Shown here piece after piece: positions 28,787 through 38,558 of a stretch of DNA of 64,000 bases; the stretch's first letter is position 1, and each line of letters begins with the position of its first letter. The position numbers and the translations under genes were made by a program. The stretch covers positions 3,735 to 67,734 of the forward strand of contig JAKAVY010000003.1 of NCBI GenBank assembly GCA_021827405.1, in the 5' to 3' direction. Source of the stretch: Thermoplasmata archaeon (lineage in GTDB: Archaea > Thermoplasmatota > Thermoplasmata > Lutacidiplasmatales > UBA184). The notes beneath the pieces are model-generated. The model saw only the letters and a list, made by a program, of their open reading frames with translations. It did not search any database and had not been told where the DNA came from.

Positions 28787-29853
28787 ACCAGCGCCTCCGG
28801 GCTTTCCACCAGGTCGAGATAGACGTCCTCCAGGGAAGGAGTGCCCAGGGTCACGAGCGCCCCCCGGGCCGTCAAGGACCGGGCGATGTCCAGCGCCTCG
28901 GGGGCGAAGGGGTCGCTCAGCTGAAGCCGCATCCAGGTCGGCCCCTGCGAGAGGACCGGCCGACCCTGGAGCCGGCGAAGGACCTCCTTTCGGTCGGCGT
29001 CCGTCAGTCGCTCGAGTCCCCGGAGCTCCAGTCGTCCGCCTGCCGGGAAGCGTCGCCGCACTTCCGGGACGCTCCCGTCGGCCAGGACCCGTCCGTTCCG
29101 GAGGATCACCACCCGGTCCGCCAGCGCCTCGGCCTCCTCCAGGTAGTGGGTGGTGAGGAGGATCCCCAGCCCCTGGTCCCGGAGCTCTCGGACCACCCCC
29201 CAGACCGACCTGCGGGAAGTGGGGTCGAGCCCGGTGGTGGGCTCGTCCAAGAGGAGCAGCCGGGCCCGGCGTCCGGCGAGGGCCGCCGCCAACAGGACCC
29301 GGCGCTGGTACCCGCCGGAGAGGTTCCGGATGGGGGCGTCCGCGTCCCGCCGGAGGTCCAGGCGATCGAGGATCTCCGTTACCGTGGAGGCGGCCTCCGC
29401 GCTCGTTACCCCCTTCAACCGCGCGATCATCCGCACGAACTCCCTCACCGTGGCCCCGCCGTACGGGGTGCTCTCCTGGGGGATCACCGAGAGCGCCTCC
29501 TTCGCTTCTCGGGGAGAGGCCACCATGTCCACGCCGGCCACCCGTATGCTGCCCCGGGTCGGGCAGAGCTGCCCGGCCACCTGCCGTAGGAACGTGCTCT
29601 TCCCGGCACCGTTCGGCCCGAGCAGGGCGACCACCTCGCCCGGGTGGATCGTCAGGGAGAGGTGGTCGTTGGCCACCACCGGGGCCTCCCCCGGGCGTCG
29701 GGGCGGGTAGGTCCGGCAGAGGTCCTTCACCTCGAGCACCGGCCCGGCCGGGAGCGCCGGGAGCCCGAAAGTCCCGGGGTCGGACTCCCGAGGCCCGGTC
29801 CGGGAGACCCGAAAGTGGGAGGCGATGTTGCCCCAGAAGGAAGATCCGGCCAT
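28783..29853 (-). CDS. ABC transporter ATP-binding protein with a C-terminal extension
   Basis: GPNGAGKST (Walker A), LSGGYQRR (signature), LLLLDEPT (Walker B) and the H-loop are present. Confidence 0.85.
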   Translation of the reverse strand: MAGSSFWGNIASHFRVSRTGPRESDPGTFGLPALPAGPVLEVKDLCRTYPPRRPGEAPVVANDHLSLTIHPGEVVALLGPNGAGKSTFLRQVAGQLCPTRGSIRVAGVDMVASPREAKEALSVIPQESTPYGGATVREFVRMIARLKGVTSAEAASTVTEILDRLDLRRDADAPIRNLSGGYQRRVLLAAALAGRRARLLLLDEPTTGLDPTSRRSVWGVVRELRDQGLGILLTTHYLEEAEALADRVVILRNGRVLADGSVPEVRRRFPAGGRLELRGLERLTDADRKEVLRRLQGRPVLSQGPTWMRLQLSDPFAPEALDIARSLTARGALVTLGTPSLEDVYLDLVESPEALV

Positions 29854-29937
29854 CGGATGCCCGGTGGCCCCCGCCTCGTCTTAAACGGTCGTTGGGGCCA
29901 GTAGGACTTTATTTCGAACCATCCTAACGCGCCCCCG

Positions 29938-30735
29938 ATGGAGGAGGACCCTTCCCCCCTCTTCTTCGAGCTCGCCCACCCTCACCGCCTCCGGATCCTT
30001 TCGTTGTTGGAGGGGGGCCCCGAGCCGCTGAAGATACTCTCCTCTACACTAGGCATCGTTCCCCCGGAGGCCCTCCGGCACCTCCAGCGCCTGGTCCGTC
30101 AACGCCTGGTGGAGCGGGCCCCCGAGGGAGGGTTCGCCCTTACCCCCTACGGGCGCCTGGTACTGGGAGGCGTGGGGTCCTTCGGGTTCCTCTTCCGACG
30201 ACGGGAGTTCTTCCTGGGGCACGACCTTTCCGGGCTCCCGACCCCCTTCGCTCACCGGCTGGCGGAGCTCTCTGGCCCGGACCCCGGGGAGGGGGTGAGC
30301 GTCACCCTGCGCTATGTGGAATCGATCCTCGCCAACGCCGAACGATACGTCTCGTTCCTCACCGACCAGCCCGTGCTCAAATGGGAGGACCTGGTGGAGC
30401 AGGGCCAAGACCGGGCGTTGCCGGTCCGGGTGATCTTCCCTACTTCCGAACGCCGGTCGGTCGACCGGTTGCCCGACCGCTTGACCAAGGGCCGGAACGT
30501 GGAGTTCCGGTATCTCCCCAACATCCCCCTGGCCCTGGCCTTGAACGAACGCGTCGCCGGGGTGGCCTTCCGGTCCTCCCGGGGAGAGATCGACTATTCC
30601 CACGCGCTCGGAGGCGAGCAAGAGCCCTTCCACCGATGGTGCCAGGACCTCTTCGAGCACTACTGGGAGAGCACCGGTCCGTTCCCCCGTTCCGCCCCCG
30701 CCCTGGGCCCCCCGGGAAAGACCGGTCGTCGCTGA
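29938..30735 (+). CDS. ArsR-like HTH transcriptional regulator with a C-terminal domain
   Basis: LAHPHRLRILSLL opens an ArsR-type HTH. It is divergent from the ABC exporter. Confidence 0.5.
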   Translation: MEEDPSPLFFELAHPHRLRILSLLEGGPEPLKILSSTLGIVPPEALRHLQRLVRQRLVERAPEGGFALTPYGRLVLGGVGSFGFLFRRREFFLGHDLSGLPTPFAHRLAELSGPDPGEGVSVTLRYVESILANAERYVSFLTDQPVLKWEDLVEQGQDRALPVRVIFPTSERRSVDRLPDRLTKGRNVEFRYLPNIPLALALNERVAGVAFRSSRGEIDYSHALGGEQEPFHRWCQDLFEHYWESTGPFPRSAPALGPPGKTGRR

Positions 30736-30815
30736 CGGAAGGTCTCCATCCGCGCGCCGCTAGGTCTCCCTCGAAGGCCTGCGGGGCGGCCCCCCCCAGG
30801 ACACGGGGGAGACCC

Positions 30816-31517
30816 TCAGAGCCTTCGCTCCAGCGCCGGGCCCGCCGGGAGCCCGGCCGGGGCCAGGGTAGTGGACTGGGGGAGGCTCATCAGCCCAAAG
30901 AAGAGGAAGACGATCCCGATGAACTCCCCATAATAGAGGGCCACGGGGAACGACGCGATGTAGAGCGTCCCCCCGGCCCCGAGCACCAGGGCCCCGGCGA
31001 TGAGCAGCAGGTTCTGCCACTTTCGGGTCCTCCGGAGGGAGACCGCCGCCGAGGCCAGGAGCACCACCGTGGCCGGCCCGGTGACCAGGATGGAGAAGAG
31101 GATGAGGGAGAAGGGGGGGTCCCCGGTGATGATCCCCCCGCTCACCATGGAAGCCGGAGCGATGGGGGTGAGGAAGGACGCGACCCCCACCAACGCGGAG
31201 GCCGCCACCACGTACGCGGCATAGACCCGCTGGAAGCGGGGGCTTTTCATCACCCGGGCCGCCCCGAGGGAGAGCACCCCCACCAGGACCGCCGAGAGGA
31301 AGACGTACGCCTGCAGGACCGGTTCGTTGACCTCCCCGGCATAGACCGCGGTCTCCAGCACCATGGCGGAGGCGGCCAGGGTGAGGCCCACGCCCCAGGC
31401 CAGCTGCACGCGCACTCGCGTCCTCGCATACTGACGGAACCCCCGGAAGGCGAGGAACGCCAAGGCCAGGGAGAGCAGCCCGAGGGAGATGCCGATGACC
31501 AGGGAAGGGACGGTCAA
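30816..31517 (-). CDS. polytopic membrane protein, unknown function
   Basis: It has about seven hydrophobic helices. Confidence 0.45.
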   Translation of the reverse strand: MTVPSLVIGISLGLLSLALAFLAFRGFRQYARTRVRVQLAWGVGLTLAASAMVLETAVYAGEVNEPVLQAYVFLSAVLVGVLSLGAARVMKSPRFQRVYAAYVVAASALVGVASFLTPIAPASMVSGGIITGDPPFSLILFSILVTGPATVVLLASAAVSLRRTRKWQNLLLIAGALVLGAGGTLYIASFPVALYYGEFIGIVFLFFGLMSLPQSTTLAPAGLPAGPALERRL

Positions 31518-31561
31518 TCCTGACCCGGGGGAACGGAACCGCCGAAGGACTTAAGCCCGGC

Positions 31562-32542
31562 TCAGCCCCCCTCGCCACCGGGCCCGGCATCGGCCGGGGA
31601 CCCGGGGGCACCGGCCGGCCGGGCCGCGGTCCGCGACGGGTAGCGCCCCGGCTCCATCAGCACCTGGTGGGCGTCCACCACCCAACCGCTCCTCCGGTGG
31701 GAGAGCTCCTCCGAGCTGACCAGGGCCTCCCCCAACCCCACCAGCTCCTCCTTCCGGGTCACCAGGACGACCCGGCCCCCGGCGGGGAAGGGGTGGGTCA
31801 CCTTGAGCACGCCCTGGGCGGCCAGGTCCGCCCCGTGGGCCAGGGCGTCCACGGCACTGTCCTTCACCACCACCTGAGGGAACCGCCCCCAGACCGTCCG
31901 AGGCGGCTTGAGCGCCTTCAGGAGGTCTTCCGACCGGCCCTCGTCGGCCCGGGCCACCATGTCCGCAAGCCGGGCCAGGGAGACCGCCTCCTTCTCGGAG
32001 AAGGGGCCCGTGGAGACCCGACGCAGCTCCGTCATGTTGGCCCCGCAGCCGAGCGCCTCCCCGAGGTCCACCGCCAAGGTCCGGATGTACGTGCCCGAGT
32101 CGGCCTGCACCTCCAGGAGGAGCTCCCGTCCGCTCCGCTCGAGAAGGGTGAGACGGTGGAGGGTACGGACGCGCCGCTCCCTTCGCACCGCCGAGCGGAC
32201 CGGCGGGGTCTGGTAGATGGGCCCCTGGAACTCCTTGAGGACCCGCTCCACGCTGGCCGGAGGGGCCGGTCCGTGAAGGGTGACCACGGTGATGTAGCGC
32301 TTCGGGAAGGTGAGCAGGAGCGGGAGGAGGCGCAGGGCCTTCCCGAGGGACATCACCAGGACGCCGCTCACGCCCGGGTCCAGCGTCCCGGCATGGCCGG
32401 CCCGGTCCACGCGCAAAAGGTCGCGGACCCAGGCCGTGACCTGGTGCGAGCTCGGCCCCCTCGGCTTGTCCACCACGAGGAAGGCCCCCTCCGCCGGAAG
32501 GGGCAGGGAAGGGCGACCGGTCGCCACCCCGGAGCCGCTCAA
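31562..32542 (-). CDS. truB: tRNA pseudouridine synthase B / H/ACA RNP catalytic subunit Cbf5
   Basis: VDKPRGPSSHQV and GHAGTLDPGVSGVLVMSLG (catalytic Asp) are present, with a C-terminal PUA domain. Confidence 0.85.
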   Translation of the reverse strand: MSGSGVATGRPSLPLPAEGAFLVVDKPRGPSSHQVTAWVRDLLRVDRAGHAGTLDPGVSGVLVMSLGKALRLLPLLLTFPKRYITVVTLHGPAPPASVERVLKEFQGPIYQTPPVRSAVRRERRVRTLHRLTLLERSGRELLLEVQADSGTYIRTLAVDLGEALGCGANMTELRRVSTGPFSEKEAVSLARLADMVARADEGRSEDLLKALKPPRTVWGRFPQVVVKDSAVDALAHGADLAAQGVLKVTHPFPAGGRVVLVTRKEELVGLGEALVSSEELSHRRSGWVVDAHQVLMEPGRYPSRTAARPAGAPGSPADAGPGGEGG

Positions 32543-33081
32543 GGGTTGAGGATCTCCGGCGGGAGGGCGGCGAGGATGGCCTCCACCACCGCGTCCGGGG
32601 CCAAGGTCGCCGTGTCCAGGGTGAGCTCCGCTCCCGCCTCGTCCACGTCGATGGCGTAGTACTTGAGGTAGCGGCGCCGCTCGCTCGCCTCCCGTTCTCG
32701 CATCTCCGGGAGGACCTCGCTCCCGGGGCGGTTCTCCCGCTGCCCGATGCGGCCGGCGCGGACCTCCTCGGGGGCGGTCAGGCTCACCCGCCAGACGGGG
32801 AGGGACCGGCGGTGGAGCAGTTCCCCGATGATCCGGGACTCCAGGATGCGCTGCCCGTTGGCCAACCCCACCATCCTCTCGTCGAGCTCGTGGTCGATCC
32901 GGGGGTCCTTCTCCGCCAGGGCGCTGAAGGCCAGCAGGTCGAGCTTGCGCTCCCGGGCCATCTGGCGGAAGAGCTCCCCCCCCGAGACCACCTCTCGGTG
33001 CAGCCTCAGCCCCAGGCGGCGGGCGGCGGTGGTCTTCCCGGACCCGGCCGGCCCGGCGACGGTGAGGGTGGTGCCTCTCAC
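32539..33081 (-). CDS. cmk: cytidylate kinase (archaeal type)
   Basis: The P-loop is TVAGPAGSGKTT. The GTG start forms a GTGA overlap with the DUF106 stop; the track ORF extends further upstream. Confidence 0.7.
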   Translation of the reverse strand: MRGTTLTVAGPAGSGKTTAARRLGLRLHREVVSGGELFRQMARERKLDLLAFSALAEKDPRIDHELDERMVGLANGQRILESRIIGELLHRRSLPVWRVSLTAPEEVRAGRIGQRENRPGSEVLPEMREREASERRRYLKYYAIDVDEAGAELTLDTATLAPDAVVEAILAALPPEILNP

Positions 33082-33935
33082 GCCGTTCCCTCCGCTGGCA
33101 CCGCCGGGGCCCCCAGGGTCTGCAGGTGACGGCTGAGGGCCACGTGCTTGAGGTAGCGCCGGAAGAGCAGGTTCAGCGGGAGGGTGTAGAGGGAGAAGAC
33201 CAAGAACCACAGGGGCACCGGGCCCAGCGGGGCCAGGAGGCTCACGTGGCTACCGAACAGGTTCACGTACTGGTCCGCGACCGGGAGGCTGCTGATGAAC
33301 AGGCCCATCCAGGTGTAGATGGCGATGATGAGCACCCAGGTGACCACCATGCCCTTCAGCTGGGAGAAGGTGACCTTCGTCTGGCGCATCTGCAGTTCGT
33401 TCATGTGGGGCTTGAGCGCCTCCACCCGGTCCTTCTTCCCGCTGCGGATGGCCTGGCTGTAGAGCGGCCGGATGGCCTGGTTGTGCTTCTGCACCCGGGC
33501 GGTCTCCACCCAGTCGGTGGTGAAGTGGTAGGCCACCGCGGTGATGGCCATCTGGAGCACGCCGGTGAGGAACATGGTCAGGAGCACGTGCTTCCCGTCG
33601 AAGCCCAAGAGCGGGGCAAGGAGCGAACCGATGTCCGCCGCCACGGCGTTGCGCGCCGAGGTGTCGAAGAGCATGTAGATCCCCATGAAGCCGAGGAAGA
33701 TCAGCAGGAAGCGCTCCAGGCTCTTCCAGGGGCTCACCGGGGCCGGTGGGGTCCGCCCGGGAGGACGGGTCCCCCCCGGGGCGGGAGCGGCCGAGACGGC
33801 CGGAGCCTCCTCCTCGGTCCCCTCCTCCGTCTCCTCGGGCTCCTCTTCGGTCTCCTCCTCCGTCTCGTCCCCCTCCGCCTCTTCCTCCTCGTCGTCCTTC
33901 GCGGAGGGGAGCGGCCGGCCGGACCGGCTCGCCAT
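33078..33935 (-). CDS. DUF106-family membrane protein (archaeal YidC/Oxa1-like), immediately after secY
   Basis: It is in the conserved position after secY, has three TM helices, and an unusually acidic E-rich N-terminal tail. Confidence 0.6.
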   Translation of the reverse strand: MASRSGRPLPSAKDDEEEEAEGDETEEETEEEPEETEEGTEEEAPAVSAAPAPGGTRPPGRTPPAPVSPWKSLERFLLIFLGFMGIYMLFDTSARNAVAADIGSLLAPLLGFDGKHVLLTMFLTGVLQMAITAVAYHFTTDWVETARVQKHNQAIRPLYSQAIRSGKKDRVEALKPHMNELQMRQTKVTFSQLKGMVVTWVLIIAIYTWMGLFISSLPVADQYVNLFGSHVSLLAPLGPVPLWFLVFSLYTLPLNLLFRRYLKHVALSRHLQTLGAPAVPAEGTA

Positions 33936-33940
33936 GAGGC

Positions 33941-35704
33941 CTACTCGCCTCCCAGGAACCGGCGCAACAGCGGGTTCATCTCCATGAGCTGCTCGCGGCC
34001 CATGGCCTCGTAGAGGTTGATGATGATGCCCACCGTGAGCAGCACCCCGGTGCCGGAGGCGTTCCCCACGGTCCCGATCAGGTCGGCCCCGGCGGCGAGG
34101 GCGCCCACCGTGGCCCCCGAGATCACCGTGATGATGGGGATGTAGCGTTCCAGGATGCGACGCAAGACCCGGGGATCTCTACGGAAGCCGGGGATCTGCA
34201 TGCCGGAGGACTCGATCTGTTTGGCCACCGCCTCCGGCCCCATGTTCGTGGTCTGGATCCAGAACTTGGCGAACATGATGGAGCCGCCCACCATGAGGCC
34301 GAAGTACAGCAGGATGTGGACCAATAACTGCCAGGGCTGGTGGTCGTACAGGAGGCTCCCGTACTGGGCCGGGTTGATGATGGGGAGCAACCAACCTTGG
34401 AGCCCGTTGGGCTGGTTGAGATAGAAGGCGATGCCCGACAACGGTTGGGTGGTGGGGATGTTGAGCGCGCTCGCTTGCGCGGCCGTGGGATAGGCCCCGA
34501 TCCACCACTGGTGCCCGATCCCCGGGAAGTTCATCAGCGTGGGGTTGGACCACAGGAGGATGGAGAACATGGAGACGTTGGCGAGCAGGGCGGCCATGAG
34601 GATGACCGGGATGTTCGAGGCATAGATCAGCCGGAGCGGGTAGCGGCCCCGGGCCCCCCGGGCCTCGGCATGGGAGAGCGGCAGCTCGATGCGCGTGGAC
34701 TCCGTCCACGCGACGATGAAGAAGATGACGGCGGTCCCTATGAGCGCCGTGATGGGATTCGGCTGTTGCAAAAGGATCTGTTCCAACCCGCCGCCGGCGA
34801 GCTGGCTGGGGTTCAGGTTCGTGAGCAGGTAGTAGGTCTTGAAGATGGTCCCGGCCGGCGGGTTGGTCACCGAGAGGGCGGCGCTGGGGGTCTGGGGAAG
34901 CCAGTTCACCGTCCCGGTGAAGATCGCCTGGCTCACCCCGGCCGCGATGAACAGGGAGATCCCGCTGCCGATCCCCCACTTGCTCACCACCTCGTCCATG
35001 AGGAAGACCAGGTAGCTGCCGAACGCCACCTGCGCGATGATGATGGTGTCCGCGAGCAGCGTCCCGTTCCCGGGGGAGAAGCTGTTCAGCGCGCTCACGA
35101 AGGTGGTGGAGGGGAACAGGTAGCCGAAGACCTGGGGGATGGACTCCACCATGATCATCACCAGGACCAGGATCTTCTGGGCCCCCTGGTACATCCCCTT
35201 GTCCTCGTCGTTGGTGAGGTCCAGGTTGATGATCTTCGCCCCCACGAAGAGCTGCATGATGATGGACCCCGTGACGATGGGCCCGATCCCCAGGTTCATG
35301 AGCGTCCCTTGGGCCCCGGCGAGGATGGCCCGGTAGGCGGCGAACAGGTCGACGGTGCTCGCCTGGTCGATCCCGTAGATGAAAATGTTCGTCAGCAGGA
35401 AGTAGAGCAACAGGACCGAGAGCGTCCAGAGGAGCTTGGTCCGGAAGTGGACGTGCCCGGAAGGCTTGGTCACCGCCGGCAGCCGCTGGGTGAGCCCCTT
35501 CCACCCGTAGAGCCGGGACTTGTCCCCGTCGTAGGTGATGAGGAGGGCGACCAGCCCGAAGGAGAAGAAGAGCAGGACCCCGGTGATGAGGAGGGCGGCC
35601 AGCGTGGGGTGGTACCAGATGTAGAACAGGTACAGCAGCAGAGCTCCCAGGACGACAAAGAACGGGACGCTCCGCCAGTCTCGGGGGATCTCCTCCTCAG
35701 CCAA
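33941..35704 (-). CDS. secY: preprotein translocase subunit SecY (SecY/Sec61alpha); an N-terminal extension is possible
   Basis: The SecY core is conserved from HVHFRTKLLWTLSVLLLYFLLTNIFIYGI through the C-terminus. The track ORF starts at a TTG about 77 codons upstream, with two extra hydrophobic segments. An alternative GTG start lies near 35473. Confidence 0.85.
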   Translation of the reverse strand: MAEEEIPRDWRSVPFFVVLGALLLYLFYIWYHPTLAALLITGVLLFFSFGLVALLITYDGDKSRLYGWKGLTQRLPAVTKPSGHVHFRTKLLWTLSVLLLYFLLTNIFIYGIDQASTVDLFAAYRAILAGAQGTLMNLGIGPIVTGSIIMQLFVGAKIINLDLTNDEDKGMYQGAQKILVLVMIMVESIPQVFGYLFPSTTFVSALNSFSPGNGTLLADTIIIAQVAFGSYLVFLMDEVVSKWGIGSGISLFIAAGVSQAIFTGTVNWLPQTPSAALSVTNPPAGTIFKTYYLLTNLNPSQLAGGGLEQILLQQPNPITALIGTAVIFFIVAWTESTRIELPLSHAEARGARGRYPLRLIYASNIPVILMAALLANVSMFSILLWSNPTLMNFPGIGHQWWIGAYPTAAQASALNIPTTQPLSGIAFYLNQPNGLQGWLLPIINPAQYGSLLYDHQPWQLLVHILLYFGLMVGGSIMFAKFWIQTTNMGPEAVAKQIESSGMQIPGFRRDPRVLRRILERYIPIITVISGATVGALAAGADLIGTVGNASGTGVLLTVGIIINLYEAMGREQLMEMNPLLRRFLGGE

Positions 35705-35818
35705 CTGCGCTCCTCCGGGGACCGCGGCGACCTACCCGGTGCGGGGGTTATATACTCTACTGACGGAAGAGCCCCGGAAGCCCGGCCTTTCGCCGCCGAA
35801 GCCGGCCCGGCCCATGGG

Positions 35819-36259
35819 TCAGGCCCCAGGAGCCACGGGCCCCTCCGGCGGGGCCGGAAGGACCTCCACCTTCTCCTGGGCGTGGGCGGAGGCGTGGGGG
35901 ACGTAGACCTTCCAGGGACGCTGCGGCTTCCCGCCCCCCAACAGCCGTTCCACCCCGATCCGGGAGAGGTCCGCCACGGCGGTGCCGCCTTCCTCCCGGA
36001 AGGCCTGTCCGGCCCGGAGGAGGGGCACGAGCCCTTCCAGCTCCCCCACGTTCACCGCCACGGGGAACTGCTGCACCGCCGCCGGGCGCTTGAAGCCGTG
36101 CCGGCCGAAGTGGTCCGGCGCGTAGATGAGCATGCTCTTGAACTTGTACTTGTGCAGCCCGGCGTTCCCCCGGCCCCCCTGCTTGCCGGCCCCCCGGCCC
36201 GCCTTGATGCCCCGCCCGTGGGTGCGGCTCCCCCGGTACTTCCTCGTCTTGGACGGCAC
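35819..36259 (-). CDS. rpl15: ribosomal protein L15 (uL15)
   Basis: SKTRKYRGSRTHGRGIKAGRGAGKQGGRGNAG is present. The GTG start is preceded by GGAGGG and lies 10 nt after the L30 stop. Confidence 0.75.
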   Translation of the reverse strand: MPSKTRKYRGSRTHGRGIKAGRGAGKQGGRGNAGLHKYKFKSMLIYAPDHFGRHGFKRPAAVQQFPVAVNVGELEGLVPLLRAGQAFREEGGTAVADLSRIGVERLLGGGKPQRPWKVYVPHASAHAQEKVEVLPAPPEGPVAPGA

Positions 36260-36269
36260 GTTCCCTCCC

Positions 36270-36740
36270 TTACACCATCCGCCGCAAGACCTCGTCCATG
36301 TCCCGCTTGGCCCCGGCCGGACGGAAGCCCAGGGACCCTCCGAGGGCATAGGGCTTCTTGGTGGAGCCCCACCCCCCCCGCGGGGGCTTCAGCCGGAAGA
36401 GCGGGCGCAGGCCCGTCACGGAGGACGTCCCTTCCTTCAGCACGCGCTCGGCCAGACTGTCCAGGTCCTTCACCCCGAACGACGGGGGGATCGCGTCGGC
36501 CTTCACGGGAGAACCGTCGTCGGTCACCCCCCGCTCCGAGAGGAGCAGCTTCACCGTCTCCGCCTTCACCGGCCCGTAGGTGACGTACCCCTGGACCCGG
36601 TGGACCATCCCCTTGAGACCGTCCCGCTCCGGGAGGATGACCGCGTGGTTCGCCCGGGTGAGGTGAAGGAGACGGAGGGTCTCCACAATGGGGGTCTGGG
36701 CATGGAGGCTGCCCCGGATCCGGACCACGGCCCAGCTCAT
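36270..36740 (-). CDS. rpl30: ribosomal protein L30 (uL30)
   Basis: MSWAVVRIRGSLHAQTPIVETLRLLHLTRANHAV is the L30 signature. Confidence 0.8.
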   Translation of the reverse strand: MSWAVVRIRGSLHAQTPIVETLRLLHLTRANHAVILPERDGLKGMVHRVQGYVTYGPVKAETVKLLLSERGVTDDGSPVKADAIPPSFGVKDLDSLAERVLKEGTSSVTGLRPLFRLKPPRGGWGSTKKPYALGGSLGFRPAGAKRDMDEVLRRMV

Positions 36741-37570
36741 CGGCGACCTCCCGCCCCGGCGGAGGGCGGCCCCCGCTGCCCGGGGCGCGGCGGTCCCCGG
36801 CCCGGGCCCCCGCGCCGGCCCCCGGGGCGTCCTCCCCTGCCGCGGGGGGCGCCGGGGGTGAAGGGCTCCTTCGGGGGCAGGATGGAGCTCCCGGTGAGGC
36901 CCGAGACGATCTTCAGGCGCTCCCGGTCCGTGGCCGGGATCCGCATCTCCGAGAGGTTCCGGAGGGCCTGGAACGCCGCCTGGGCGTAGTTCACCGTGGT
37001 CTTGGTGTGCCCGTCGGTGAACCCCCAGGCGTCGACGATCCCCGCGAACCTGAGCAGCGGCTTCGCCACGTCCCCCACCGCCAGCCCGACCCCCCGGGGG
37101 GCGGGCTTGAAGGTCACCGAGACCGAGCCGCACCGCCCCACCACGGCGAAAGGGAGCGTGTGGGGACGGTAGCAACCGCATTCCCAGCTCCCGCAGCCCC
37201 GGAAGATCTCCACCAGGTGGAGCTTGGCGTGGTCGATGGCCCGCCGGATGGTGGGCCCCACCTCCCGGCCCCGGGCCCGGCCCATGCCCACGAACCCGTC
37301 GCCGTTCCCCACGGCCACGGTCACGGCGAACTTGAACCGGCGACCGGAGTCGGTCATCCGTTGGACCATGTTCACGTCCAGCACCTCGTCGTGGAGGTTG
37401 GGGAGCAGCGCATCGATGATCTGGACCTCCTTGAGCGGAAGCCCGCTGTGCAGCGCGTCCGGCAGCGTGGTGATGTCGCCCCGCAGCACCCGGCGCCCGA
37501 GCTCGGTCCGGGGGACCCAGGGTGGCGGCGGGGGCCGCTCGGAAGCAAACCGCTGCGCCGACGCCGCCAT
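36737..37570 (-). CDS. rps5: ribosomal protein S5 (uS5)
   Basis: The dsRBD and S5 C-terminal domain are present (GRRFKFAVTVAVGNGDGFVGMG). It has an R/G-rich C-terminal tail. Confidence 0.85.
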   Translation of the reverse strand: MAASAQRFASERPPPPPWVPRTELGRRVLRGDITTLPDALHSGLPLKEVQIIDALLPNLHDEVLDVNMVQRMTDSGRRFKFAVTVAVGNGDGFVGMGRARGREVGPTIRRAIDHAKLHLVEIFRGCGSWECGCYRPHTLPFAVVGRCGSVSVTFKPAPRGVGLAVGDVAKPLLRFAGIVDAWGFTDGHTKTTVNYAQAAFQALRNLSEMRIPATDRERLKIVSGLTGSSILPPKEPFTPGAPRGRGGRPGGRRGGPGRGPPRPGQRGPPSAGAGGRR

Positions 37571-38097
37571 CAGTCCTTCCCTCCCGCCGCGGGGAGCACG
37601 ACCTTGAGCCGGCCCCGGTAGGTCTCCACGCTCTCCGGCAGCGGGCTCTTCAGGTGCTTCCCGCCGAGGCGGTCCGCTCCCGGGAACCCCGGTTCCCCGT
37701 GGGGGATCTCCATGCCGGCGTCCAGAAGCCCCTTGAGCGCCCCCAGAAGGCGGCCGCCCTTGCTGGGCCGCAAAAGCCCGGCGTCCAGGACGGCCTCGGG
37801 GTGGCCGTTGGCCTTCCCCCTAAGCCCGGCGAGGTAGCCGGTGAGGTAGGCGGCCGGCGTGGACTGCAACGAGTGCTCGGGGAACCCCACCCGGGTGAGC
37901 TCCCGGCTCTCGGCGGAAGCGAGGACCCGGTCCCCCTCGGGGTGGAAGGACTCCAGCGCCACCACCACCCGGCGGTGGCTGAAACGGACCACGGCCCTCG
38001 GCTTCTCGCCCTTGAGGAGCCTCAGCCGGTGGCGGTAGTCGGTCTTCCCTTCCCGCCGTCGGCGGAACTTCACCTTGTAGTTCGGTCCGTGCGCCAT
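37570..38097 (-). CDS. rpl18: ribosomal protein L18 (uL18)
   Basis: MAHGPNYKVKFRRRREGKTDYRHRLRLL is the L18 N-terminus. Confidence 0.8.
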   Translation of the reverse strand: MAHGPNYKVKFRRRREGKTDYRHRLRLLKGEKPRAVVRFSHRRVVVALESFHPEGDRVLASAESRELTRVGFPEHSLQSTPAAYLTGYLAGLRGKANGHPEAVLDAGLLRPSKGGRLLGALKGLLDAGMEIPHGEPGFPGADRLGGKHLKSPLPESVETYRGRLKVVLPAAGGKD

Positions 38098-38099
38098 GG

Positions 38100-38558
38100 T
38101 CAACGCTCCGCCGGGAGGGCCCCGGCCAGGCGCAGGTTGAGCAGAAGATGGTTGCGGCTGCGGAACATGCCCCCCTTCGCCTTCCGGTAGTACTCCCGGT
38201 AGAGGGCGGGGGTGATCCGTTTCTGGTCCCGAAGCTCGGCCAATAGCTCGCGCTGCGGCCGGATCCTCCGGATCCAGCGCTCCTTTCCCGGCAGCCGGGC
38301 GGTGGGATGCCCCTTGCGCGAGCCCGGGCCCCGATGCCGGCCCCGGGCGACCTCCTCGGCCCGCCGCCGGGCTCGGACCCGGGAGACCCCCAGCTTCGGT
38401 CTCCGGCGGATGAGCCCCACATGGATGGCGCGGCGGACATCGTCCCGCGTCACCGCGTCCAACAGGTCCTCGGCGTTCGTTGGGTCGATCCAGACCCGGT
38501 TCACCCCGCACTTCAGGAGGGAGGCGGCCATGCGCCGCTGGTTCACCAGGCTCGTCAC
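38100..38558 (-). CDS. rpl19e: ribosomal protein L19e
   Basis: LVNQRRMAASLLKCGVNRVWIDP is present. Confidence 0.85.
   Translation of the reverse strand: MTSLVNQRRMAASLLKCGVNRVWIDPTNAEDLLDAVTRDDVRRAIHVGLIRRRPKLGVSRVRARRRAEEVARGRHRGPGSRKGHPTARLPGKERWIRRIRPQRELLAELRDQKRITPALYREYYRKAKGGMFRSRNHLLLNLRLAGALPAER

Noticed and set aside
27764-28822. 352-aa plus-strand ORF overlapping the ABC-2 permease and cysS upstream region
   Set aside because: It is Gly/Pro/Arg-rich with no motifs. The opposite strand encodes a convincing six-TM ABC-2 permease.
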